From Octopus bimaculoides (Eukaryota), in NCBI RefSeq assembly GCF_001194135.2, contig NC_068987.1:27108697-27148341 (forward strand): a stretch of DNA of 39,645 nucleotides. Reading direction: 5' to 3'. This document shows, piece after piece, positions 1 through 10,978 of this stretch. Made by a program: the position numbers and the translations under genes. Every line of letters begins with the position of its first letter. Position 1 is the stretch's first letter. The notes beneath the pieces were generated by a model. It was given only the letters and a program-made list of their open reading frames with translations, was not told where the DNA came from and searched no databases.

Positions 1-82
1 AAATACATATGTATATTTGAATTCATAGGGAGAGAGCATATAAAAATATATATATGTGTGTGTGTATGTATGCTCTCTCCCG

Positions 83-115
<33 letters not shown>

Positions 116-750
116 ATCTATCTATGCATCCGCGCGCATACACACTCACATGCATATTTCTAATTATGTATAATTCATAAATAAACAATTCATTTTCGTG
201 TTTGTATTTAAAGTTTACTAAATAATGATTAATTAATGGCTAACGCTATTAGCATCTAGACGAGAAATGTTTGCAAATTGGTTTGGAATCGTTAACAATA
301 ATTAGTTTGTCAATTAGGAGCTATGGTTTCCTGAAAATAAAGTTAATTGACTGTTTCGAATTATGGTACTTGTGATGATCTCTGAAGATATTTTGCACTG
401 CATAGACAGACAGTGATAACTAATAAGAGAATTCATATATCCTTGAGGTCATGATTGTTAGACAGATACATTCAGATTGTGTTGAAAGCTGGAAGCATAA
501 TGTTATGATTGGTTTAATTTAAAGAAACATAAAGTGGGAATATTACAATTGCTAGGTGGGAAAATACAAAAATATATTAAAAATATATTAATTGGACAAT
601 ATTTTGAAGAACCCTCAGAACAGTATCACCTTTATGCTACACATGAATATTGTAATTAAAATATTAATATATTATCCTCGAGGTAAATTATTTACTCTCA
701 TATATTCGCTTAAGCAGAGTGAACGGTTGTTGTTTTTATAACAATACAAA

Positions 751-970
751 TCTATTATTTTCTACAAGGCCCGAACTTTTGCAGAAGGGACCAGTCGATT
801 AAATCTACCCCAGTACGTAATTGGTACTTGGTACTGGGGTAGATATAGGGTAGAAAAGGATGAAAGGCAAAGTCGACCCCGGAGTAATTTGAACTCAGAA
901 CGTAAAGACAGACGAAATACAGCTAAGCATTTCGCCCGGCGTCCTAACGTTTCTACCTGCTCGCCGCCTT
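751..970 (-). mobile_element. tRNA-derived SINE (family A), degenerate, with internal inversion
   Basis: On the minus strand it starts aaggcggcgagcaggtagaaacgttagg (A-box-like) and contains gttctgagttcaaatt (B-box-like). It aligns by eye to the copy at 10771-10978. Confidence 0.85.
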
Positions 971-1002
971 GGACACAAATTCATTCTGTCATTAGCTAAG
1001 CT

Positions 1003-1160
1003 GTGACGCTGCGTAGTCTAGTGGTTGGGACGTTCGGATCAAGAGCGTAAAGACATGTGTTCAATTTCTGCTCCCTGTAGTGAGTTGTGTCTTTCAGCAC
1101 AGCATTTCCTTTCACATTGCTCAGGTATATCTAGATGTAAACGAGTACCAGCCAGGTAAT
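1003..1160 (+). mobile_element. tRNA-derived SINE with CORE-like body, degenerate
   Basis: A-box-like tagtctagtgg and B-box-like gttcaatttc, followed by ttgtgtctttcagcacagcatttcctttcacattgctc, which is similar to the body at 18920-18960. Confidence 0.6.
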
Positions 1161-3399
1161 AGCATACCTCTCTTTTCTAGCTTCCACATGTTGGATATGC
1201 CACTGGGTAAAATTGGAAGGCCATGGAAAGTTTCGCTATATCTGCACACGACTACATAGGGATCTATTACAATTAATGAAAGCATGATATATGTCATGAA
1301 TCTTACTTGCTCGTTAGTAACACCTGACTGTTCTTTACATATTCTACAACCAGTTAATTCTTATCGTAAGTTATGATGTAAGCCTAATATGCATTTCTTT
1401 GTTTCATTTCCATTGCTCTTTCTGAGAAAAATAACTAGGCTTGGAATGTTTTCTTATTCAATTTATGCACAAATCATACACTTCTAGAGACAATATATCT
1501 GTTAATCTGGCGTCCAGTCAAAACAGGAATATGTATATCTGTTTTATACTGACTGGCCACAGTGTGAGGTTCTAGTAACAGTATTAACTATAGTATACAG
1601 GCAACTTTTCTAATCTCACAACACAGGAACATCGTTAGATTTGAAAATTAAAATATATATAGTAAAACTTGAAATCTAAGTTTCACATAATTGACTCGTA
1701 TACTCGTCCTCAGCGGAAACTGAATGAGAGTTTACAAATACCTGCATATAACGCTGATCTATCGCAGCTGACTTCCCAGCTGGGAAGAATATATGTTGGA
1801 ACAATCAGCCTTCAATTCAGCGAACAATTACGCACTGCATTTATTGAATGCTGCGAAACCATACAAATCACCTTCCTTTCAGCTGTATGAAGGAACAGAA
1901 ATCTCCATGCATCTATTATTCTTAATAACAAAAGGATAAATAAGGAACTCAATGGTAAAACTAAATTAAGGTAAGTTTATTGCTAGCAGCTCTAAGACGG
2001 AAACAAAGCAAAATAGCATCAACTTTCGCTAATTTCTGAATTAGTAAACAACTGAAGAAATGCGCTGGAAACCTAAGTCGTCAATACTCATACCTCTCCG
2101 GTCTATGCGTAGTTCAAGTGTATGAATGTGTTTAAGACAACACAAGAACGATACATGAATATATGAGGATTAAAATATAGCAAGTAAAGAAGCAACCTCC
2201 TCTACATAAATTCATATACACATGTGTACAATACCACAACACATCTTTCAACAACTCTGAGAAACTCTAATTTCATAACTTCGTAGTAAATATGTTAAAG
2301 AAATATATTTAATGAAAAAATAATTAAAATACATTTGAAATAAAACTTACTTCAAGCAATTGCTGCAACATATAAATATAAATAAACATGTCCTTTCCAG
2401 ATACACACATGTTTATGTATATATATGCAAAAGCAAACTCGCACGCGCCTTATCACCCATCTATATAATTGAGTTTGGAGTCATAGGTATGGAGAAGTGA
2501 GTTCGTGTATGTAACCTGACTGAATTCTTTGTGATTGATAAGAAGTTACAATAAAGTAAAAGTTGGATACATTTAGAACTGAATAAGCTTCATAGTCGAA
2601 ATATTCGCTACGTTGCAACATATCAAAGTAGAGAAAAGTCGTTAGGGTCTAAATTTATTCGCAACATTCATATAAGAAATCACTTCGATCTAAAATAAAA
2701 ACAGATGTTATACTTTTCTGTGAAATACACAGAATTTGGACAATCTTATTACGATGCAATTTAATACGACCGTCTTATATTATTATTTCATTTTAACTGA
2801 ATGAACCATTATTTTATGTCATAGATATCAGAACATATTCACGCATGACTAATTCACAACAAATATAATGATCAGGAACATAAAAAATATAAACAAATAT
2901 TACTATCAATACAAAATGTGTGTTAGTGCATAAATATATATCGCTATATAATGCCAGACAAAAATAAAATATTGAAAACAAAAACTACCTGGTAATGAAA
3001 TATAAATTATGATAGTTTCAATGACCATCTTGTTCGAGGAAAGACGTTGATACTTAATATTGCGTAACAAAATATAAAGTGATTAAAACGTTATATGTAT
3101 TTTAAATGGCTATCATGACACTTCCATGGGTATAATTAGTTGCATCTGATGTGTTGTTTGTATTTCGGAAGTTTGATGCTCAACGGCGGGTATGGATATG
3201 CTGATATTCAATAGTGGAAAGAGCAGTGTTGAAATTTTAGGCCACAAATTCGCTCGGAGCACACATAAAAAACGCGAATGCATTCCTAGCAACGATCGGT
3301 CAGCGAAGGTCGTATCACCATCTTGAGAAGAACAGAAAGTTCGCATGGCTCGCAGTTTTATAATAGCCGTGAACTTGTAACGGAAATGTTAAAATTGAA

Positions 3400-3700
3400 A
3401 ATTAGAGAGCAGCTATATTTGAGAACAATCCACAACTGTTTTGCTTTACTGTAGGTATGTAGATGACATTAATTATCTAGTTAGGACAAATTCTAGTGAC
3501 TCAAATGTAAAAACCGAGAGGAGCATAACAGAGAGTATCCAACACATTGCTAACTCCATCCGCCACAGTCTACCCAGAGCTTTCCAGTCTGGAGCATATA
3601 ATCACGTTGCTTCTAGAACTAAACTGTGGACCTAGAATAAATGCATTAAGTTATAAACATTAAGCTTGAACTTGAATATCTGGCGGACAAGGAATATCTG
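3400..3700 (+). mobile_element. Penelope-like retroelement reverse-transcriptase remnant
   Basis: ORF 3441-3635 begins LYCRYVDDI, matching the PLE-type RT catalytic motif (W/Y)xRYVDDI. The rest is degenerate. Confidence 0.5.
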
Positions 3701-4374
3701 AATATCTGGCGCACAAGAAAGGCTTCAGCAGGATCAAAAAGACCAAGTATGAACGGAAATTAGACATCGTAACTAAAATCAACTACCACAATACGCATAA
3801 TCTATAATACTTGCGTTTCAGAAGCTCTCAAAAGCAAAAACACCTACACAAAATACGAAAAGTTCCTGTTCTTTCCACAATGTTCACATCATTCTGTACT
3901 TTTATGTCTTTATTTTAAGTACAAATCATAATTTATTTATATAGATGAGTAAGGAGATTAGAAGGAACTTCTCTGATATCTCTTTACTTACATTTTCAAA
4001 TAACCCTTATGGCCTTTAGTTATAGTTAATATCTAACTTGACTCACATCTCTTTTTCTCATAAGGATAAAAATATGAATCTCCTACATTCTATACTTCAG
4101 CTACATCCGTTCTCAACTTCATTGTAAATTTTGTTTATACTTCCTGCACTGAAGAATATATTGATATATATAATTAAATTAAATTAATTAAGTTAATCTA
4201 ATTCAATTCATTCATGAATTTGCATTATTCTTATATCTCTGTAGGAAACGACCGTCTGAATGAATTAAAATTCTTATATATTTTAACAACTTGTCTTCAT
4301 TTTTGTCTAAATTGATGAGTTTTATGAGATTTCTTTCCATGAATTGACCACACATCATATATATATATATATAT

Positions 4375-4719
4375 NNNNNNNNNNNNNNNNNNNNNNNNNN
4401 NNNNNNNNNNNNNNNNNNNNNNNNNNNNNNNNNNNNNNNNNNNNNNNNNNNNNNNNNNNNNNNNNNNNNNNNNNNNNNNNNNNNNNNNNNNNNNNNNNNN
4501 NNNNNNNNNNNNNNNNNNNNNNNNNNNNNNNNNNNNNNNNNNNNNNNNNNNNNNNNNNNNNNNNNNNNNNNNNNNNNNNNNNNNNNNNNNNNNNNNNNNN
4601 NNNNNNNNNNNNNNNNNNNNNNNNNNNNNNNNNNNNNNNNNNNNNNNNNNNNNNNNNNNNNNNNNNNNNNNNNNNNNNNNNNNNNNNNNNNNNNNNNNNN
4701 NNNNNNNNNNNNNNNNNNN
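4375..4719. other. Assembly gap flanked by (TA)n and (GA)n microsatellites
   Basis: N-run with TA repeats on both sides. Confidence 0.98.
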
Positions 4720-4760
<41 letters not shown>

Positions 4761-5019
4761 TGAAATTTATAGAGATACAGCAGATGAAGACAAGTGTATG
4801 AACAACATGCAGGTGTATTAGTTTGACACTCGGGAAAATTAAAATTGAGAAAGTCTTTAACGTTCCGAGCGTACGCTCTTCATAAGAAAAGAATAAGAGT
4901 AGCAAAAACAAAGAGAGAATGAAAAGCCCTGTAGATTTAGCGGTCAAGCATGGCGACTGATTAGAAAAGGAGTTTGAAAGAATAGATTGGAAGGAGGAGA
5001 GATAATAAAGTGACAGTGA

Positions 5020-5508
5020 CCCCAACTGGAGGTGAGAATGGTGTATATGAATGTGCAAGCGTGTGTGTGTGAATAGGCACCCGTGAGGTTGTCAAGTCTT
5101 TGACAAATCTGGGTGTGTATGTGCGTAACCTATGGGTGCTCATATGTGCGGTGACGTTATTGAAGATCTTGTGTAGGTTTGTGGAGTTGTGTGGGTTGGT
5201 TGGTGGGGTGTGGGGCTGTGGAGTGTGTATGCGGGTAGGCTGTGGTGTGGGTACGGGTGGTGGTATCACGGAAGAGAGTAGGTGGGTAGGAGTGCAGTGA
5301 CTTTGACAAGTCTGGGTATGTGTGTGCGTGTGTATGAATGTGTGTGTGCGCGTCTGGAACGTGTGGCTGCTCGTATAATGGTATGTGTGGTGACGCTATT
5401 GGAGACGGTATGCGGGTGTGTGGATAATGGTGTGTGGTGTGGATGCTGGGAAGTGGTCACTGCTAATTTATGTGGTGTGATGTGGGCGTGAGTTTCGGGC
5501 GTGTTGGG
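5020..5508. repeat. GT-rich low-complexity degenerate tandem repeat (~200-240 bp period)
   Basis: ctttgacaa(a/g)tctgggt occurs at 5098 and 5301; ggtgacg(t/c)tattg occurs at ~5150 and ~5389. Confidence 0.6.
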
Positions 5509-6712
5509 TTGAATGAAAGAATTTGCAGAAGATAATTTGCAAAATTTCAGCCTCGAAGATGAAAATCGAACAGGACGTCCAGTTGAGCTTGATGATAATC
5601 TCATTGAGGCATTACTTGAAGAAGATCCTGCATTATCAGTTGGAGAATTGGCAATAAAACTTATTTCAAACTATACAACTATTCATCGTCATCTTCAACA
5701 ACTTGGAAAGGTTCCTAAACTTGGAAAATGGGTNNNNNNNNNNNNNNNNNNNNNNNNNNNNNNNNNNNNNNNNNNNNNNNNNNNNNNNNNNNNNNNNNNN
5801 NNNNNNNNNNNNNNNNNNNNNNNNNNNNNNNNNNNNNNNNNNNNNNNNNNNNNNNNNNNNNNNNNNNNNNNNNNNNNNNNNNNNNNNNNNNNNNNNNNNN
5901 NNNNNNNNNNNNNNNNNNNNNNNNNNNNNNNNNNNNNNNNNNNNNNNNNNNNNNNNNNNNNNNNNNNNNNNNNNNNNNNNNNNNNNNNNNNNNNNNNNNN
6001 NNNNNNNNNNNNNNNNNNNNNNNNNNNNNNNNNNNNNNNNNNNNNNNNNNNNNNNNNNNNNNNNNNNNNNNNNNNNNNNNNNNNNNNNNNNNNNNNNNNN
6101 NNNNNNNNNNNNNNNNNNNNNNNNNNNNNNNNNNNNNNNNNNNNNNNNNNNNNNNNNNNNNNNNNNNNNNNNNNNNNNNNNNNNNNNNNNNNNNNNNNNN
6201 NNNNNNNNNNNNNNNNNNNNNNNNNNNNNNNNNNNNNNNNNNNNNNNNNNNNNNNNNNNNNNNNNNNNNNNNNNNNNNNNNNNNNNNNNNNNNNNNNNNN
6301 NNNNNNNNNNNNNNNNNNNNNNNNNNNNNNNNNNNNNNNNNNNNNNNNNNNNNNNNNNNNNNNNNNNNNNNNNNNNNNNNNNNNNNNNNNNNNNNNNNNN
6401 NNNNNNNNNNNNNNNNNNNNNNNNNNNNNNNNNNNNNNNNNNNNNNNNNNNNNNNNNNNNNNNNNNNNNNNNNNNNNNNNNNNNNNNNNNNNNNNNNNNN
6501 NNAGTAAGAGGTCGAAATTGACATTTCAGAGTTCTTCGCTTTGAAACCAAAGAGTTTTACATTGATAGGATTAAAAAGCTTGTAAATAGATGGAAGGAAG
6601 TTATAGATATTCAGGGAAAGTACATTGATGATTAAATTTCAATTAAATATAACATTTGAACACTTGTTTTCTTTATTCAAAATTCGGACAGAACTTATGG
6701 AATGATCTAATA
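5509..6712 (+). mobile_element. Mariner (Tc1/mariner) transposon, 3' portion, interrupted by N-gap 5734-6502
   Basis: Before the gap: SLEDENRTGRPVELDD...TIHRHLQQLGKVPKLGKWV (mariner HTH region). After the gap: EVEIDISEFFALKPKEFYIDRIKKLVNRWKEVIDIQGKYIDD*, stop at 6633-6635. Ends in TIR-like ttcggacagaacttatggaatgatctaa followed by TA (6711-6712). Confidence 0.92.
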
Positions 6713-6789
6713 TGTGTGTGTGTGTGTGTGTGTGTGTATTTCACGGATTCTAGACGAAAGAACAGGCATCAGTATTAACATTTTTTAAA

Positions 6790-6865
6790 CGCTGCAACTT
6801 ACTCTATTGGCCTTTTAGGCCGAACTGCTAAGTTATGGGGACGTAAACAATTCGACATTGGTTTT
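6790..6865 (-). mobile_element. SINE (family B) 3' body fragment
   Basis: Reverse complement gtttacgtccccataacttagcagttcggcc matches gtttacgctccagtaacttagcagttccgc in the copy at 29019-29438. Confidence 0.65.
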
Positions 6866-7741
6866 TGAAACTTAAAAATGTTTTACAGTAGAAGTATGAG
6901 AAACGAATCAAAAGTTCAGTATGCATCAATTATGTTTGATCATGCACACACACATACACACGCTCTCCCCTCTCTCACACACATAAACACATAGAGACTC
7001 ACATAAACACATGTTCACATGCACATATATAGACATACAATTGTCAAGTAAAACATTTTAAAGCCGTCACTCAAATGAAGAGAAGCAGCAGACAACTTAT
7101 ATATAACTCAAGTCATAATATTTCAAATACTTGAAGAAAAAATTAGGTAATATAATTCAGAATGTTCTCGATGCATCGGTACGGAACCTATGTCTTCGCA
7201 ATAAGTATTTAGCTAGGATTAAATAGCATGACAAAAACTCTTTAAGAAACAAAAGCAAATTCAAACGATTAAAATAAGTTAAACATTTGTAAGAATGATT
7301 AATGACCTTCTGAATTACCGAAAGGCTTTTGAGTATATAACCTGCTGTGTACATGATATAAAATTATATATTTAAAATGTAAATAAGAAATAACGTTTAA
7401 TTAATATCATAAAGTAAGTTAATAAATACAGAGAATGATAGAATTAAAGAAATAATTAATTACCTTACGAAATATCTGTATACAGATAAATGCGTATGCA
7501 TATATACATATATGTGGTACACAATTTATAATCTTTCCATTCTATCAATGTACCATTGGAACACCAACACAAATTAGATTAAATAAGGAAACCTTCTTCA
7601 CTGAAAAATATAAGCCAAACCTTAACCATTGCTAACACTTTTAAATAAGGAAACTCACCCCAATGAGAAAAAAATATAGAGTAAAACCTAACCACTTGTA
7701 ACATTCTATTCCTTCTAAACCAAATCATGTTAAATCAATCA

Positions 7742-7940
7742 AAATCTCCACTTCTGAATTTTGCAAATTATCTTCTGCAAATTCTTTCATTCAAGCATTC
7801 TTTCCCATAAACTGAATGTATGTTTCGAGTCGCTTCAGCTGCAGAGTCTCCTTTTTTGTAGTCATAAAGCATTATGTGCCTTAAATAGTCTTTGAATACT
7901 TTCATGTTAGAAAGTGTTTTAATCAAAGAGATTTTGTAAT
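7742..7940 (-). mobile_element. Mariner transposase 5' portion (N-terminus), displaced and inverted
   Basis: From ATG at 7905: MKVFKDYLRHIMLYDYKKGDSAAEATRNIHSVYGKECLNERICRR*FAKFRSGDF, a typical mariner N-terminal HTH. It overlaps the 5509 fragment by 38 identical bp. Confidence 0.9.
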
Positions 7941-8240
7941 ATTCTGGGGTTACAGAGAAAAGTCGGCTTGTGTTCCTGTAAAATCATAAAGGCATTTCTC
8001 TTGGACAAGATCTCTATTCTGTCTGCCGTACCTAGGCTAATTGTTATCTATTTAGCTACACAGTTAATGTTATTATATGTATGCGGGGAAACGCGTCTGT
8101 ATCTTTCTTTAATAGAATTATTTCAAAGCCTACCGTGTGTCTATCAAGTTTTTAGTCTTATCCGAGACGATGTTAGAATTTCTTATTTTTTTGTATATAT
8201 TCACGGGACCCCATGTGGTATCAGGTAGAAAATAATGGAA

Positions 8241-8405
8241 CATCCAGGTCCATATATTAATGGGAGTGGACGTTGCAAAATCTGCATCGCGGAGAGAACC
8301 AACATTCTTAAGGGCTATGCTAAACTTGGCGCGTTGAATAGTGGTAAATGCGCCCATTTCAAGTGTCACCTACTGGAAAATTGGTTCATCCTGTTTGCTG
8401 CTTAG
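8241..8405 (+). mobile_element. Penelope-like element GIY-YIG endonuclease C-terminal tail remnant
   Basis: Translation HPGPYINGSGRCKICIAERTNILKGYAKLGALNSGKCAHFK fits the PLE pattern PY...CxxCxxE...LN...KCxH. Confidence 0.6.
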
Positions 8406-8692
8406 TCGATTTCAGGTCTGTAAGCGTTTTCATTCACTGGTCCAGGGGAGACAACCCGTACTCATTCACGTTTTTATAGGTTAACCATTAAATCTCGATC
8501 TCTGAACGCTTCCTCACGCCCACGTCGTATAAAGTTTAATTTTTTTTTCTTTTGTCTTTGCATAGAGCCTGGCAAGCTGTCCACAGGGGTGTGGCTTTCG
8601 AGGATACAGAACCTTTGGTAACGCTATGAATAGAATTTTACTTTTTGTTCTAATTATATATATAAAAGAAGAGTGTATAATTGTTAATAAAT

Positions 8693-9154
8693 CACAACTA
8701 TAATGGAGAGAGTTAGCAAAACTCTTACATGTCTAGAAATAGGAGCTAAAACCGCTATAAATCTACCATAACCACGTATATATCTCCTCAACAATAAAAG
8801 CTGTCGGCGAGCAACATGACATAAATTTAAATAAAAATAAAAGATTAGTCCTCTATTGCAATTTCAAAGCTAGCAACCAAAAGTGGATCCATTCTTCTCG
8901 TCAGGAGAACATACCTGTACATAGTAATCAACACAAAAACCATGCCTTGGGGCTTAACCTGTGTCCCGACCGGCAAGAATAATGTCAGCGTCTATCTACA
9001 CAATTCAAATTCTGAATTCAAACGTCATGCACAGTGTTTATAAGAAACGACCAGTTAAACGAGTCACGGTGAAAACCTAGATATGATTAAAAAATAAATA
9101 ATGAAAGAGGAATGTATGTAAACATACATTACGCAGGATATATCGTAAACAATT
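8693..9154 (-). repeat. ~460-bp HHR-bearing repeat unit, copy 1 (pLTR/retrozyme-like)
   Basis: Aligns to 9239-9451 in direct orientation and to 9454-9925 in inverted orientation; contains an HHR at 8848-8910. Confidence 0.9.
8848..8910 (-). ncRNA. Type I hammerhead ribozyme motif
   Basis: Minus strand: GUUCUC-CUGACGA-GAAG-(24 nt)-CUUU-GAAA-UUGCAA-U-A-GAGGAC. Stem I GUUCUC/GAGGAC pairs over 6 bp, stem III is the palindrome AUUGCAAU, and the cleavage triplet is AUA. Confidence 0.8.
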
Positions 9155-9238
9155 AAACATTATTTACGAATATATCAGTCGCCAGAACATGCAATCAAAG
9201 GGTTTTTTTTCCATAAAAGCGTGTACAATTGGGAATGA

Positions 9239-9451
9239 ATCACAGATATAACGGAGAGGGTTAGCAAAACCCTCACATGTCTAGAAATACAGCTAAAATC
9301 GCTATAAAGCCACTATAATCACTCATATTATATCTCAACAATAAAAGTTGTCGGCGAACGAGATGACATAAAAATTCAGAATTTAAACAAAAATAAAAGA
9401 TTAGTCCTCTATTGCAATTTCGAAGTTAGGAACCAAAAATGGATCCATTCT
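9239..9451 (-). repeat. HHR-bearing repeat, copy 2 (partial; truncated inside the ribozyme)
   Basis: Direct repeat of 8693-8895. It keeps CUUC-GAAA-UUGCAA-U-A-GAGGAC but lacks CUGACGA. Confidence 0.85.
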
Positions 9452-9453
9452 AG

Positions 9454-9925
9454 AATTGTTTACGATATGTCCTGCGTAATGTATTTTTACACTCATTCGT
9501 CTTTTATTATTTATTTTTCACTCATATCCAGTTTTTTTTCGCCGTGGCTCCTTTACGTGCTCTCTTATAAACGCTATACATGATGTTTGAATTCAGAATT
9601 CGAATTGTGTAGATAGACGTTGACACATGATTCTTGCCGGTCGGGACACATGTTAATCCCCAAGGTGTGTTTATCGTGTTAATTTCTATATACAGGAATG
9701 TTCTCCTGACGAGAAGAATGGATCAACTTTCACTTGCTAGCTTCGAAATGGCAATAGTGGACTAACCTTTTACTTTTTATTTAAAATTGAATTCTTATGT
9801 CATATTTCTCGTCGACAGCTTTTATTGTTGAAGTGATATGAGTGGTTATAGAGGCTTTATAGCGGTTTTAGCTGCTATTTCTAGACATGTAAGGGTTTTT
9901 CTAACCCTCTCCGTTATAATTGTGT
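9454..9925 (+). repeat. HHR-bearing repeat, copy 3 (inverted relative to copies 1 and 2)
   Basis: Reverse complement of copy 1 along its whole length. Confidence 0.9.
9700..9762 (+). ncRNA. Type I hammerhead ribozyme motif (core intact, stems I and III mutated)
   Basis: GUUCUC-CUGACGA-GAAG-(24 nt)-CUUC-GAAA-UGGCAA-U-A-GUGGAC. Confidence 0.75.
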
Positions 9926-10019
9926 AGAGTAAGGAACTCACAATGCTTCTCCTTCGGAATAGTTTGGTGTGTCACAAACAAGAGGAGGAAAACAGCACAA
10001 ACACTCCAGAAATACTAAA

Positions 10020-10370
10020 TTAGTTGTAGCTATTAATGTAATCAATGACGTTCAATCGTGGAGTACTTCCAGCCTGCCAGAATGGTAACACCAAAAGAAA
10101 GAAGTTATATTTCCCCCAAGAAGCTGTTTGATTAGGTGCAAAGGAAACAAGAGCTAAGAATGTATCGGGTTTCAGCTAACAATAAGCTTGGAGAGGGTAT
10201 GGGAATATACAGCAGTGGAACAACACTTCTTCGGATCTGTTTCGAGTTCACATTATCGAACCAAATTTCTGATCGAGACCGTCTACTATACTTTGCTATG
10301 TTCGACAAATCTTCACGCATGGCGCAAGAGTGAGTTTATTCTATATCTGATGGTTTTAGTACGAGGATCT
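10020..10370 (+). mobile_element. RTE-like LINE, APE endonuclease N-terminal remnant
   Basis: Degenerate translations KLVVAINV, ELRMYRVS...LGEG...SG(acacttcttcggatctg, resembling TFFWSG) and FAMFDKSSRMAQE* follow the RTE APE motif order. Confidence 0.5.
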
Positions 10371-10770
10371 GCAGTCTCGTTCTAAGAGCAACACCTTAAC
10401 AGCTCTCTCAGTGCATCTCCTTATCAACTGCTCTGGAGTCATTCAGGGTTACATGGACAGGTGCTCAGCGCAGAAGTGATGGTTATTACAAAAACCGTTC
10501 AATCTAGCCAACTACATCCCCAGGAAGGAAGCCATCGCTTTTCTCACCTTGGGAGATCAACCATAGCTGAAACATAAACTAACGGGTTCTACGTGCCGCA
10601 ACCCCAGATGAAAGCTGAGCGTGTACCTTATGAACAGTTAAATTTTCCAGTTTACATCATATCAATGATACTCCAGCTAGACTTAATGTTTTTTTTTTCA
10701 GATCCCACAAGTTGGGGATCATATAGAAACTTAGAAAAGGATATGGAGGAAGCTCATGAGATAAATATAT

Positions 10771-10978
10771 TCTTTTCTTTTCTACTGTAGGCACAAGGCC
10801 CGAAATTTTGGGAGAAGGGGCCAATCGATTAGATCGATCCCAGTATGCAACTGGTACTTAATTTATCGATCCCAAAAGGATGAATGGCAAAGTTGACCTC
10901 GGCGGAATTTGAACTCAGAACGTAAAGACAGATGAAATACGGGTACGTTTTTCGCCCGGCGTGCTAACATTTCTGCCA
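10771..10978 (-). mobile_element. tRNA-derived SINE (family A)
   Basis: Minus strand ggcagaaatgttagcacgccgggcgaaa...gttctgagttcaaattccgccgagg with A/B boxes and a gaaaagaat tail. Confidence 0.9.

Noticed and set aside
3113-3346. CpG-richer segment with a 77-aa minus-strand ORF
   Set aside because: No recognisable domain and no convincing splice sites, so no feature can be supported.
4297-6550. Long ORFs of 139-343 aa in the track (also 25401-26194, 36511-37487, 38101-38880)
   Set aside because: They read through N-gaps and microsatellites (YIYI, RERE, THTH) and are artefacts, apart from the mariner fragments annotated separately.
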